Source: Nitrososphaerota archaeon
GTDB taxonomy: Archaea; Thermoproteota; Nitrososphaeria_A; Caldarchaeales; Calditenuaceae
Assembly: GCA_041641295.1 (NCBI GenBank)
Contig: JBEPYO010000001.1
Span: 736,001 to 800,000, forward strand
Reading direction: 5' to 3'
DNA: 64,000 nucleotides
In this document: positions 8,845 through 18,360 of the stretch, piece by piece
How the letters are laid out: each line of letters opens with the position of its first letter
Numbering within the stretch: the stretch's first letter is position 1
Translations under genes and position numbers: made by a program
Notes under the pieces: generated by a model
Database searches by the model: none
What the model was told of the DNA's origin: nothing
What the model saw: only the letters and a program-made list of their open reading frames with translations

Positions 8845-9951
8845 GTGATGGACATATGGGTTGCTGGTGTAGGCGAAATCCCCTGTAGACCTAGCTACGA
8901 CGAGATGGATTTTAGAGAGATGCTGTACAGGGCCGCGGCGAAAGCCTACCTCGATGCAGGAATTACACCAGCAGACGTTGATGGGGTGGTTTCCAGCGGC
9001 ATGGATTTCTATGAGGGGATGAGTATTACTGATTCATACACGCCCGATCAGGTTGGTGGACGCCTGAAGTTCAACACCCTCGTCTCTAATGACGCCTTAA
9101 ACGCATTCATCCATGCATGTATGCTTTTGAAGACGGGGCAATTCAGGACTGTTTTAGTAACTGCCTATGCCAAGGCCTCAAATATACTAAACTATCCCGA
9201 AATCGTCTTTAACTCCTTCGACCCCCACGTCGTCAGGCCCCTCACTCCTCACTTCTACGCTATCGCAGCGATGGATGCACAGGCATATCTCCTAAACTCT
9301 GGGGGCGATGCACGCGACCTCTCTCTAGTCGCCGCTAAGAATAAGAGAAATGCCCTCAGAAACCCTTCCGCGGCATTTGCCGAGAATATTTCTATTGAGG
9401 AGGTTGAGAGCATGGAGGTTGTTTCTGAACCACTGCGGAAAGGTCATGTCGCAGTGCCCTGCGACTATGCTGCGGCCGTCCTGCTGACCACGGAGAAGAG
9501 CCTAGGTAAGGTGCGAGTCGAGGCATTCGGGTATTCCATCGGCAGTTATTCAGTAGACCTCTCCTTGAAGGAGTGGGGCCGGTCACACTGGGCTAGGGCC
9601 GCATTGGAGATGGCTCTCAGGCAGATAAGGATGAGGCGAGTGGATTTCGTAGAGGTTTCAGAACCCTTCGCCCACACCGAGCTGATGGTATTGGATGGAT
9701 TCGGAATTGTTGGGGAAAATGTATGTAAGACTCTGCGGGATGGAGGTTTTAACATGGATGGCTACTTGCCCGTGAACCCTTCGGGCGGGTGTATCGGGAT
9801 GGGTTATCCATTAAACGCCGCGGGGCTCCAGAGGCTGGTCCAGTCTGTCAACCTGTTAAGAACTGGTAGGTGGAGTTCGTGTCTGGTGGCCTCGCCTGAT
9901 GGTGAGGTTGTAGATGGAGGCGCTGTAGTGGTGCTGAGTGCGGAGGTGTGA
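8845..9951 (+). CDS. Thiolase-fold protein (SCP2/SCP-x type), catalytic residues degenerate
   Basis: KNKRNALRNP.A, CDYAAAVLL, VNPSGG..GMGYP; no ACAS-type nucleophile motif. Confidence 0.8.
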   Translation: MMDIWVAGVGEIPCRPSYDEMDFREMLYRAAAKAYLDAGITPADVDGVVSSGMDFYEGMSITDSYTPDQVGGRLKFNTLVSNDALNAFIHACMLLKTGQFRTVLVTAYAKASNILNYPEIVFNSFDPHVVRPLTPHFYAIAAMDAQAYLLNSGGDARDLSLVAAKNKRNALRNPSAAFAENISIEEVESMEVVSEPLRKGHVAVPCDYAAAVLLTTEKSLGKVRVEAFGYSIGSYSVDLSLKEWGRSHWARAALEMALRQIRMRRVDFVEVSEPFAHTELMVLDGFGIVGENVCKTLRDGGFNMDGYLPVNPSGGCIGMGYPLNAAGLQRLVQSVNLLRTGRWSSCLVASPDGEVVDGGAVVVLSAEV

Positions 9952-9955
9952 GGGG

Positions 9956-11110
9956 TTGAGGAAGAGAGTAGCTATTGTGGGGGCTGGGATGACGTATTTC
10001 CGCTCAATGCTGCCAATGACGCCTCAAGAAATGGTGTACGAGGCCGTTAGGAAGAGTTTGGATGACTGTGGACTCGAGTTCAAAGACATTGACGCCGTAG
10101 TATCTGGGTCGGCACCTGATGCATTCGATGGATATCATCATAAGGGGCTTGTAGGGGTTGAGCCATCCGGTGCCAATGGAAAACCATATTCCAGAGTCTT
10201 TGTGGGGGGCGGTACAGGAGTGGGCGCAGCTGTCGCAGGCTGGTGGCATGTTGCGTCAGGAGTCTTCAAAAGAGTCTTGGTCGTGGCATGGGAGAAGATG
10301 AGCCACCCATACCCTCACGCCCAGCCCCTATTCAAGACAATCTTCGAGCCAATTGTAGAGCAGCCTCTCGGCCCGAACCTGATATGGATATTCGCACTTG
10401 AGATGCGCCGCTACATGGAGGCGCATAAACTGTCTAAGGAGCTGATAGCACGCGTCGCGGTCAAGAACAAGGGTAACGCGCTAGACCATCCCTACGCGCA
10501 GCTGGGGGCAAAAATAACAGTTGAAGACGTTTTGAAATCGCCAGTACTGGTTTGGCCCGTGCATAGGCTTGACATCAGCCCATCGTCAGACGGGGCAGTT
10601 GCTCTTGTTCTCGCCTCGGAAGATGAGGCTAGGAAGATAACCGATACGCCTGTCTGGATTGAAGGTGTGGGTGCGTGTCTGGACAGCCAATTCTGGACCA
10701 ACAGAGACCTCGCATACCCCTACTACGTTTACCTAGCTGCGCAGCAGGCCTACAAGATGGCGGGGATAACCAACCCTCTCAAGGAGATCGACGTATTCGA
10801 ACCCTACGACCCATTCACGTATAAGGAGCTACACCACCTAGACGCTCTGCTGGGCAAGCCCGGCCTCGCGCCGAAGCTATTGGAGGAGGGACAGCTAGAG
10901 AGGGATGGAGACTACCCCACATGCCCCTCGGGCGGTCTACTAGGTGTTGGAAACCCGATAGCGGCTGCGGGGTTGATGAAGGTTGCCGAGCTATACTGGC
11001 AGCTCTCTGGGAGGGCGGGGAAGAGACAAGTCCCAAACGCGTATGTCGGAGTCGCACAGGCCTGGGGTGACCTGATGCAAGTCGCCCAAGTGGTGGTGTG
11101 CAGGTCATGA
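9956..11110 (+). CDS. Thiolase-fold protein (SCP2/SCP-x type), non-canonical active site
   Basis: VAIVGAGMT, KNKGNALDHPYAQ, SDGAVALVL, EPYDPF, CPSGGLLGVGNP; probable TTG start at 9956. Confidence 0.85.
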   Translation: MRKRVAIVGAGMTYFRSMLPMTPQEMVYEAVRKSLDDCGLEFKDIDAVVSGSAPDAFDGYHHKGLVGVEPSGANGKPYSRVFVGGGTGVGAAVAGWWHVASGVFKRVLVVAWEKMSHPYPHAQPLFKTIFEPIVEQPLGPNLIWIFALEMRRYMEAHKLSKELIARVAVKNKGNALDHPYAQLGAKITVEDVLKSPVLVWPVHRLDISPSSDGAVALVLASEDEARKITDTPVWIEGVGACLDSQFWTNRDLAYPYYVYLAAQQAYKMAGITNPLKEIDVFEPYDPFTYKELHHLDALLGKPGLAPKLLEEGQLERDGDYPTCPSGGLLGVGNPIAAAGLMKVAELYWQLSGRAGKRQVPNAYVGVAQAWGDLMQVAQVVVCRS

Positions 11111-11766
11111 CAAGGGCCACACCCTCGAGATTCTCGCCAAACTACTTAAAACAACTACCGGAGGACTTGGCCGAATACGTGCGGAGACACGGGCTCGACA
11201 AAGAGTTCGGAAGACTGGACAGCTGGTCTTCATCAATGGAGAAGACATACACGGAGATTGAGGAGTGGCAAATCGACAACCTCATCATCAGCTACTGGCA
11301 CATAGAATGCATGTATAAACACGCGGCTGGTTTTGCTGTTTCCCGCTTTCTCGAAGGACTGAAAAACGGTAAGATATTGGGAACGAAGTGCGAGGGCTGT
11401 GGACGCGTGCTGATACCTCCACGCATCTTCTGTGAATGGTGTTTCCGAGACGTGGACACGTGGGTCGAACACCCGGGGACTGGAGTCATATCAACCTACT
11501 CGTTGTCATATATTGGGACAGACCCTAGGGTCAGGTTTGAGAAGCCCATAATAGTTGCTGTAATCTGGTTTGATGGCACCGTGAAAAAGGCGAATTCCTC
11601 TAGGACGGTTTTACACTCCGCTGGAATACTGCACAAGGTTCAAGGAGTTGACCCGGAGAAGGTTCACGTTGGGATGCGTGTAAAGCCGGTTTGGAGAAGG
11701 CCGGAAGAGAGGGTTGGCAGCATATTGGACATAGAGTATTTCGCACCCTTGGAGGGTGATGGGTGA
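11107..11766 (+). CDS. Zn-ribbon/OB-fold protein (DUF35 family), N-terminally extended
   Basis: GTKCEGCGRVLIPPRIFCEWC, GMRVKPVW, GSILDIEYF; ATGA overlap with the thiolase. Confidence 0.88.
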   Translation: MTRATPSRFSPNYLKQLPEDLAEYVRRHGLDKEFGRLDSWSSSMEKTYTEIEEWQIDNLIISYWHIECMYKHAAGFAVSRFLEGLKNGKILGTKCEGCGRVLIPPRIFCEWCFRDVDTWVEHPGTGVISTYSLSYIGTDPRVRFEKPIIVAVIWFDGTVKKANSSRTVLHSAGILHKVQGVDPEKVHVGMRVKPVWRRPEERVGSILDIEYFAPLEGDG

Positions 11767-12173
11767 TGAGTATCGAGAGCTTTTACGAGTATCCTACCGG
11801 TGTAGCACTCTCTAGATTCCTTGAGGGATTAAGACTAGGCCGGCTGATTGCGAGTAAATGCAGCAGGTGCAACCACACAGTGATACCGCCGCGGGCCTAC
11901 TGTCTGAAATGCTATAGGCCGATTAAAGAGTATCAAATAATCGGAGAAGAGGGGCGGATAGCCACCTACACGCGCTCCTTCACCAACATTGAGGGGAAGC
12001 CTGCTAACCCACCAGTAACATGGGTCTTCGTAAAATTCGACGGTGTTGATGGAGGACTATTTCACATACTCGACCCTTCGATCATCCCGCAGACAGGCAT
12101 GAGGGTTAGGCCGGTTTTTAGAGAACATAGGATTGGAAGCATCCTTGATATTAAGTGGTTTACAGCCGTTTAG
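11763..12173 (+). CDS. Zn-ribbon/OB-fold protein (DUF35 family)
   Basis: KCSRCNHTVIPPRAYCLKC, GMRVRPVF, GSILDIKWF; paralog of the upstream gene. Confidence 0.88.
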   Translation: MMSIESFYEYPTGVALSRFLEGLRLGRLIASKCSRCNHTVIPPRAYCLKCYRPIKEYQIIGEEGRIATYTRSFTNIEGKPANPPVTWVFVKFDGVDGGLFHILDPSIIPQTGMRVRPVFREHRIGSILDIKWFTAV

Positions 12174-12306
12174 CCGGTCTGCCCAAAATTCCAGTCAGGC
12201 GCTACAGGTTTGCCTCACCTAGTTTGCTGATTACTCAAAATGGCTGGGCGGCATGTTTTGGTCGTAGGTTTGTGAAGTTTTAAAGCGGGGTCTACTGTTT
12301 TATTCT

Positions 12307-12570
12307 TTGTTGAATCCGCCGATGATTTTCTCCGGCCTAATAGTCTTCCTCACGGGCCTAGTCCTCTTCGTTGTGGGTCTTCAGGCTTTCTGGATACTTG
12401 CTGCGGCTGGTGTTTTGATGATTGCTGCGGGGTTCTTCTCCGAGAAGAGGGAGGAAGTGGTGCCTGAGAATCCAGGGATGAAGTTCTGCTGGTACTGTCT
12501 CAAAGAGATACCTGTTGAGGCTGAGGAGTGTATGTACTGTGGGTTTAGGCAGGATCAGTTTAAGAAGTAG
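12307..12570 (+). CDS. Small membrane protein with C-terminal zinc ribbon
   Basis: Two hydrophobic helices followed by CWYC...CMYCG. Confidence 0.7.
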   Translation: MLNPPMIFSGLIVFLTGLVLFVVGLQAFWILAAAGVLMIAAGFFSEKREEVVPENPGMKFCWYCLKEIPVEAEECMYCGFRQDQFKK

Positions 12571-13384
12571 AGCGCCTCCACCGGCGAAGGCCGAGGTAGA
12601 GTATCAGCGATATTAGCGTCCACGTGGCTATGCCTATAGGGCCGAGCCCACCCAGCTCTCGGGGTAGCTGGCTTACCAATATTGTTAGTCCCCAAGCCGC
12701 ATTGACGGCCCCGTGGAGTGATGCGACCGGTATAACGCTTGATGATAGGCGCCTGACCACTGCGTGGGGAAGTGAGAGCGAGGCAGTGAAGGCTATGAAG
12801 AGGAGGGAGCCCAGCACAGGGTTCTCCGGATAGTTGTAGCCTAGGAGCAGGATTGCTGGTGCGTGCCAGACTCCCCAGACTAGGCCTACGAGGAGCGACG
12901 CCTTTGTGAGGCTGAGTCCAAGCGCCTCTAGCTCGGTTTGGAGGAATCCTCTCCACCCTATCTCCTCTCCAAGTGCGAAGAGCGTGTTTATTGTTATGGC
13001 TGAGAAGTAGGTGGCGAGAAGCATCAACACAATCAGAGCCTCTGGAGCGAGACTTATTGGTGCAGGAATCTGGAGAGACTCAAGTGTTAGGAGGCCTACT
13101 GGGGTTATGATGAGGAGGTATAGTAGAATTGCTGAGAAGGCTATTAACGGTGAAGAGAGGTAGAGGACGAACACCTTCATGCCGAGACGGATGGATTCCT
13201 TCACCTCTCTACGCCCAGCAACTAGGAGGGCCGAGACCGTGGGCGTATACATTCTGATGGCCCCCCAGCCCAGTGTTACGAGAACGCCGGCCAGTCCGCC
13301 CATTAGGTAGACGACTACATCGACTAGAGCTGCCAGTGATATGGAGAGGGCCGAAAAGGTAACGACCCTTCTCCAAGTAGGCAT
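12560..13384 (-). CDS. CPBP family (CAAX/Abi) intramembrane metalloprotease
   Basis: GEEIGWRGFL, WGVWHAP, LHGAVN; multiple TM helices. Confidence 0.9.
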   Translation of the reverse strand: MPTWRRVVTFSALSISLAALVDVVVYLMGGLAGVLVTLGWGAIRMYTPTVSALLVAGRREVKESIRLGMKVFVLYLSSPLIAFSAILLYLLIITPVGLLTLESLQIPAPISLAPEALIVLMLLATYFSAITINTLFALGEEIGWRGFLQTELEALGLSLTKASLLVGLVWGVWHAPAILLLGYNYPENPVLGSLLFIAFTASLSLPHAVVRRLSSSVIPVASLHGAVNAAWGLTILVSQLPRELGGLGPIGIATWTLISLILYLGLRRWRRSTS

Positions 13385-13544
13385 GGCACTTAATGTCTTT
13401 GGCAGCGATTTAAACGTGGTTAGTCAGATTTGGCTCGCTTTTAGTGCTGGCAGGAGAATACCCGCCCTATCGTTCAAGAATTCGAGCCAAGTCTTCTTGA
13501 CATGGTCTCCTGAATATTTAAGCAGAGGAGGACTGGCAATATCT

Positions 13545-16259
13545 GTGCACACCGATTCAACCATCCCCCCACCCTTCAACCTCCGGTGCGAATACTTGGT
13601 GAACCCGCTCGGCATAGATGTCCGTCGCCCAAGATTCTCCTGGATGCTTAGACATGACGAGCGTGGTAGGCTCCAGTCGGCCTACCGGATTATAGTCTCC
13701 AGCAGCCTTGAGGCGGCGGAGAAGTTTATCGGGGATGTCTGGGACAGCGGGAAGGTCGCATCAGGCCAGTCGATAAACGTGGAATACGGTGGCGGAGAGC
13801 TAGAGAGTAGGCGTAGATATTATTGGAGGGTGAAGTGGTGGGACGATACTGGCCGTGAGAGCCCATTCAGCGAGATAGCATTCTTCGAGACGGGCATACT
13901 TAGCCAAGCGGAGTGGAGGGCCAAGTGGATTGGCGGCGGACGCCTGCTTAGAAGAGAGTTTATGATAGATGGCGAGGTCAAGCGCGCCCGAGTATACATC
14001 TGCGGCCTCGGATACTATGAACTCAGGATCAACGGGAAGCGGGTAGGCGACAGGGTCTTAGACCCTCCCTGGACCGATTACGAGGAACTGGCACTCTACA
14101 CAGTATACGATGTCACGGATTATATTAGGAGGGGGGCTAACGCCGTCGCAGCACTGCTCGGAAATGGCAGATACTCGCCTAAGCATGAGTGGAGGGTGAA
14201 GGGTATTCAGGTTAAGAAGTATGGGGATGCTGAGCCCAAGCTGTTGGCGGAGATATGGGTCTGGCTTGATGATGGCCGGGAGGTTGTGATAGTTACCGAC
14301 GAGGAGTGGAGGGCATCCGACGGACCCATAGTGTTCGACGACATCTATGATGGCGAGGTCTATGACGCTAGGCTTGAGAGAGTGGGCTATGATAGGCCGG
14401 GATTCGACGACTCTGACTGGAGAAGGGCCCATACAACAGCTCCGCCGTGCAAGAGACTATACTCATCGACGACATCACCGCCCATCAGGAGAGTAAGGCT
14501 ACTTCCTGCGAGGAAAATCCTGAACCCGAGGCCGGGCGTATACATCTTCGACTTTGGCCAGAATTTTTCAGGCTGGGTCAGGCTGAAGGTCTCAGGTGAA
14601 AGAGGGACGATGGTTAGGCTGAGATACGCCGAGCTATTGGACGAGAGCGGGGAGTTGAATACGGCTCCGAACAGGGCCGCCAAGTCAACAGACGTCTACA
14701 TACTCAAGGGAGACGGCGTAGAGGAGTATGAGCCACACTTCACATACCACGGGTTTAGATACGTCGAGCTAACAGGATACCCCGGAACTCCACACCTAGA
14801 CACCCTCACCGGCGTCGAAGTCCACTCAGATGTCGAGCCCGTCGGAGGATTTTCCTGCTCAAACCAGCTCCTCAATGATATTCACCGCATCATAGTCTGG
14901 TCGGTGTTGAGCAACCTAATGGGTGTGCCGACCGACTGTCCACAGCGAGACGAGCGGTTGGGCTGGATGGGCGACGCGCACCTAGTAGCAGAGGCTGCGA
15001 TATTCAACTTCGACATGGCGGCCTTCTACAACAAGTGGCTACGCGACATTAGGCTGGCACAGGCGGAGGATGGCAGTGTCCCAGATGTTGTGCCTCCCTA
15101 CTGGCTACTCTACCCCGCAGATCCTGCATGGGGCTCGGCATGCACCATAATTCCGTGGCTCCTCTACCTCTACTACGGCGACCGCAGAGCACTCGAGGAA
15201 AACTATGAGATGATGAGGCGCTGGGTCGAGTTCCTATCCTCTAAGGCTGAAAACAACATAGTTAGGCTGAGCAAGTATGGCGACTGGTGTAGGCCTGGCT
15301 TCATATCCTCGCCCGAGACACCCGGCGAGCTAGTCTCCACCTGGTTCTACTATTACTCCACTAGGATACTTGCGGAGTCTGCGAGGGTTCTGGGCAGGAC
15401 TAGTGACTGGGAGAGATACTCATCACTGGCTGAAAAGATAAAGGACGCATTCAACCGCGAGTTTCTGAGAGATGGGCGCTACGGGGTTGTCAGGCCTTCA
15501 AGCCAGACCGCGCCGCTCAGCAGCCAGACTTCAAACATCCTCCCACTAGCCCTCGACATGACACCTGAAGGCGAGGTCGGCCGCGTACTCGAGAACCTGC
15601 TTGAGGATATAGTTCAGCGTAAAGACTACCACCTCGCCACTGGAATCATAGGAACCCGATACCTCCTCGAGACGCTATCAAAACATGGGCACACCGACAC
15701 TGCCTACAGGGTGGTCAGCAAGACCAGCTACCCGAGCTGGGGCTACATGATCCGAGAGGGGGCCACAACCCTCTGGGAGAGGTGGGAGCTGCTAACAGGC
15801 GGGGGCATGAACTCTCACAACCACGCAATGTTTGGAAGTATCGACTCGTGGTTCTACAAATTTTTGGCCGGAATCAACCCTGACGAACAGGAGCCCGGAT
15901 TCAAAAAGATAATAATAAAGCCACACCTGCCCAGCGGACTAAACCATGCTTCAGCCTCCACCTACACCATAAGGGGCCTCGTCTACTCCGCCTGGCAAAA
16001 GAGAGGTGGAAAGCTTCACGTTGAAGTCTCAATCCCCACCAACAGTACAGGGGCAATCTGGCTCCCAGTGAAAGAGTTTCCAAACCCCGCCGTCTATGAG
16101 GGTGGGAGAGCCGTGTGGCGGGATGGAAGCTATATCCCCGGCGTCGAGGGCATCAAGTCGGCGCGAATGGAAGGAGACTACATCGTTCTCGAAGCTGGCT
16201 CCGGATTTTATCACTTCGAGATAACCGCCGGAAAAGAGGCTAAAGAGACGAGTCAATAA
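13545..16259 (+). CDS. Alpha-L-rhamnosidase, GH78
   Basis: LRCEYLVNPLGID, DFGQNFSGW, FTYHGFRY, PTDCPQRDERLGWMGD, GATTLWERW, SHNHAMFG. The likely start is GTG 13545 after GAGGAGG; the track start 13341 overlaps the divergent gene. Confidence 0.92.
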   Translation: MHTDSTIPPPFNLRCEYLVNPLGIDVRRPRFSWMLRHDERGRLQSAYRIIVSSSLEAAEKFIGDVWDSGKVASGQSINVEYGGGELESRRRYYWRVKWWDDTGRESPFSEIAFFETGILSQAEWRAKWIGGGRLLRREFMIDGEVKRARVYICGLGYYELRINGKRVGDRVLDPPWTDYEELALYTVYDVTDYIRRGANAVAALLGNGRYSPKHEWRVKGIQVKKYGDAEPKLLAEIWVWLDDGREVVIVTDEEWRASDGPIVFDDIYDGEVYDARLERVGYDRPGFDDSDWRRAHTTAPPCKRLYSSTTSPPIRRVRLLPARKILNPRPGVYIFDFGQNFSGWVRLKVSGERGTMVRLRYAELLDESGELNTAPNRAAKSTDVYILKGDGVEEYEPHFTYHGFRYVELTGYPGTPHLDTLTGVEVHSDVEPVGGFSCSNQLLNDIHRIIVWSVLSNLMGVPTDCPQRDERLGWMGDAHLVAEAAIFNFDMAAFYNKWLRDIRLAQAEDGSVPDVVPPYWLLYPADPAWGSACTIIPWLLYLYYGDRRALEENYEMMRRWVEFLSSKAENNIVRLSKYGDWCRPGFISSPETPGELVSTWFYYYSTRILAESARVLGRTSDWERYSSLAEKIKDAFNREFLRDGRYGVVRPSSQTAPLSSQTSNILPLALDMTPEGEVGRVLENLLEDIVQRKDYHLATGIIGTRYLLETLSKHGHTDTAYRVVSKTSYPSWGYMIREGATTLWERWELLTGGGMNSHNHAMFGSIDSWFYKFLAGINPDEQEPGFKKIIIKPHLPSGLNHASASTYTIRGLVYSAWQKRGGKLHVEVSIPTNSTGAIWLPVKEFPNPAVYEGGRAVWRDGSYIPGVEGIKSARMEGDYIVLEAGSGFYHFEITAGKEAKETSQ

Positions 16260-16728
16260 CCTCTTGGTCGAGGTTGGGTGTAACGACTACCACTGGGACC
16301 GTCGCCTTCTCTATGACTTTTTTGAGTACCCTGCCGCCGCTGGGCTCTAGGAATCCTCCACCCTTGTAGCCCATAACTATGAGCGCGGCTAGCTTCTCGG
16401 CCTGCTCCAATATAATCCGCGAGGGGTCACCGGTCAGGCTTAACAGCTTCACCTTCACACCGCTCTCCATAAGCTCTGAGACGATGCTGTGGACAACCCT
16501 CAGCTCCTCGTTCAGCGTCTCATCCTTGAGCGCTAGGATTGGTTCAGCGCCAGACTCGCCGGGGCTCGGCCTACCAACAGTTTGGACGCCAGCCATTAGG
16601 TGTTCACTAACTACGTGAAGGAGTATTAGCTGAAGCCCCAGCCTCTCCGCAAGTCTGAGGGCAACCCTCGCAACCTTCCTACTTATAGGCGACCCATCGA
16701 CACTAGCTAAAACTACCTTCTCCACCAC
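16240..16728 (-). CDS. Universal stress protein (UspA family)
   Basis: VLASVDGS, LLHVV, GDP...I, IVMG, VPVVVV. Confidence 0.85.
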   Translation of the reverse strand: MVEKVVLASVDGSPISRKVARVALRLAERLGLQLILLHVVSEHLMAGVQTVGRPSPGESGAEPILALKDETLNEELRVVHSIVSELMESGVKVKLLSLTGDPSRIILEQAEKLAALIVMGYKGGGFLEPSGGRVLKKVIEKATVPVVVVTPNLDQEVIDSSL

Positions 16729-16777
16729 TTATCTAAGCCGCGACACGGCCATTTAAATGCTCGGCCACACTACCCTC

Positions 16778-17989
16778 CTACTTTGGCAGCTGGGTATGTA
16801 GCAGACCGAAAACAAGCCGCCCTATCGCCGAGATTGTTAATACTATTCTGAGGGCGTTCTCCAGCCCTAGGCTCTGTTCAAGCTGCTGCACCAGCTGGCC
16901 GCCTACGAGGGAGCCGAAGAAGAAGGAGACCCCTTGGAGAAGGTTGTAGACCGCGGTGAAGGTCCCCCTATCCTCCACACTCGTTATACGCGTGATATAC
17001 AGTAGGAGGGAGATGCTGATTCCCACGTTAGCCGCGCCAGCTACTACGTTTGCCAATGCGAAGGCCCAGAATGAGGGGATGAAGGCATAGACCGTGGCCA
17101 GCAAAGACAGCGCCGCCCTACAATATGCTAGTGAACGCACATCACCTAGATTCTCGAAGATCCCCCGACCAACACTTGAGAATACGAGCCCAACCACCCC
17201 TGAGACGATGGAGAGAAGCGCTATCTCGAAGAAGCTGAGTTTAGCAACCCTAGTCATGGTCAGTGTGAAGCAGGGCCAAGCAATAGACATGTAGAACCCA
17301 TAGATGTTGGAGATGACTGTGAACTTCAGGAACTGGCGGGAATTGATAATGTGCTGGATGACGTAGGTGATTGTCAGCTCGCCGCTCAGTGTCTTGTGCC
17401 TCGGGGGCTCCTTCATCTTCAGGAATGTGAGAGCAGAAAGTATGCCTGCAACCGCCGCGACGGAGAAGCCGAGCTGGTAGCCGGGAATCCCAACAAGAGA
17501 TACTATACCCACCGCAAGTGTCGAGATAAGTGAGCCAACCTGCCCCCAGAAGTTTATAGTGGCGGTAACCACCGACCGCACAGCAAGCGGCACAACCTCG
17601 CCTATCAAGGCGGTGTACAGGGGGGCGGAGACCGAGGCAACAATAAACTGCACACCGACCAGAGCTATGTAAACAGCTGGGTCTCCCACAAGTATTATGG
17701 GCACCCATAGAAGGGAGGAGATTAACGTGCTATAGAAGATGGGCTTCACCCTGGACCCTCTCTTATCACTTAAGAACCCCCAAATTGGCTGAAGCGCATT
17801 AGCGGCCAAGTTGTTTACTGCGTGTAGGAAGCCTACCTGAGAGGAGGATGCGCCGAGAACCGCGGCGTAAACTGCTATGAATGGCTGTGAGGCTCCGCTG
17901 GAAAGAGAGGATAATACAGACCTCGCGTACAGCCTCTTAATCTGCCTACCGTCAACATCCAATCTTGCAGTAGAAAACACATGGCTCAC
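16778..17989 (-). CDS. MFS transporter
   Basis: About 12 TM segments; WGFLSDKRGSR motif A-like. Confidence 0.85.
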   Translation of the reverse strand: MSHVFSTARLDVDGRQIKRLYARSVLSSLSSGASQPFIAVYAAVLGASSSQVGFLHAVNNLAANALQPIWGFLSDKRGSRVKPIFYSTLISSLLWVPIILVGDPAVYIALVGVQFIVASVSAPLYTALIGEVVPLAVRSVVTATINFWGQVGSLISTLAVGIVSLVGIPGYQLGFSVAAVAGILSALTFLKMKEPPRHKTLSGELTITYVIQHIINSRQFLKFTVISNIYGFYMSIAWPCFTLTMTRVAKLSFFEIALLSIVSGVVGLVFSSVGRGIFENLGDVRSLAYCRAALSLLATVYAFIPSFWAFALANVVAGAANVGISISLLLYITRITSVEDRGTFTAVYNLLQGVSFFFGSLVGGQLVQQLEQSLGLENALRIVLTISAIGRLVFGLLHTQLPK

Positions 17990-18053
17990 AATTTAGACAT
18001 TACTAAGGGAAAAGAGTTTTTAGACGCCGGCCAACAACACCTATTAGAAGAAA

Positions 18054-18266
18054 ATGAGAGTGGAGGCTCTGACCGGAGTAATCTTGATAATGATTGGCGT
18101 TATCTTATTGCTGATAGGAGTTGCTCCACGCCTATTGGAATCAATACCCAAACTACACCCAATTATCTACACCCAAGTATCACTTGGAGATTTGAAGATA
18201 GGGACCTCGCCGCTGGCAATAATCATCCTAACGATACTCTACCTATTTTTTGCTCTCAGGAGTTGA
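18054..18266 (+). CDS. Small membrane protein, hypothetical
   Basis: ATG start, two hydrophobic segments, fills the intergenic gap. Confidence 0.55.
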   Translation: MRVEALTGVILIMIGVILLLIGVAPRLLESIPKLHPIIYTQVSLGDLKIGTSPLAIIILTILYLFFALRS

Positions 18267-18326
18267 GCACATAGATCTATGATTAATTATAATTTTGCAT
18301 GCTCATGTGGGCTAGGGATTATTAGA

Positions 18327-18345
18327 AAATTCGAATATTCAATTT
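18327..18345. promoter_or_regulatory. Imperfect palindrome AAATT-C-GAATATTC-AATTT; candidate ArsR operator
   Basis: Lies directly upstream of the GAGGTG ribosome-binding site of the dsrE-tusA-sqr-arsR operon. Confidence 0.4.
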
Positions 18346-18360
18346 ACCGAGGTGGTTAAG

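Noticed and set aside
12190-12250. Possible minus-strand C/D sRNA (GTGAGG...CTGA) in an intergenic gap
   Set aside because: No convincing C box or terminal stem.
13341-13544. N-terminal extension of GH78 given by the ORF track
   Set aside because: It overlaps the divergent CPBP gene and its promoter; a GAGGAGG-preceded GTG at 13545 fits the family start.
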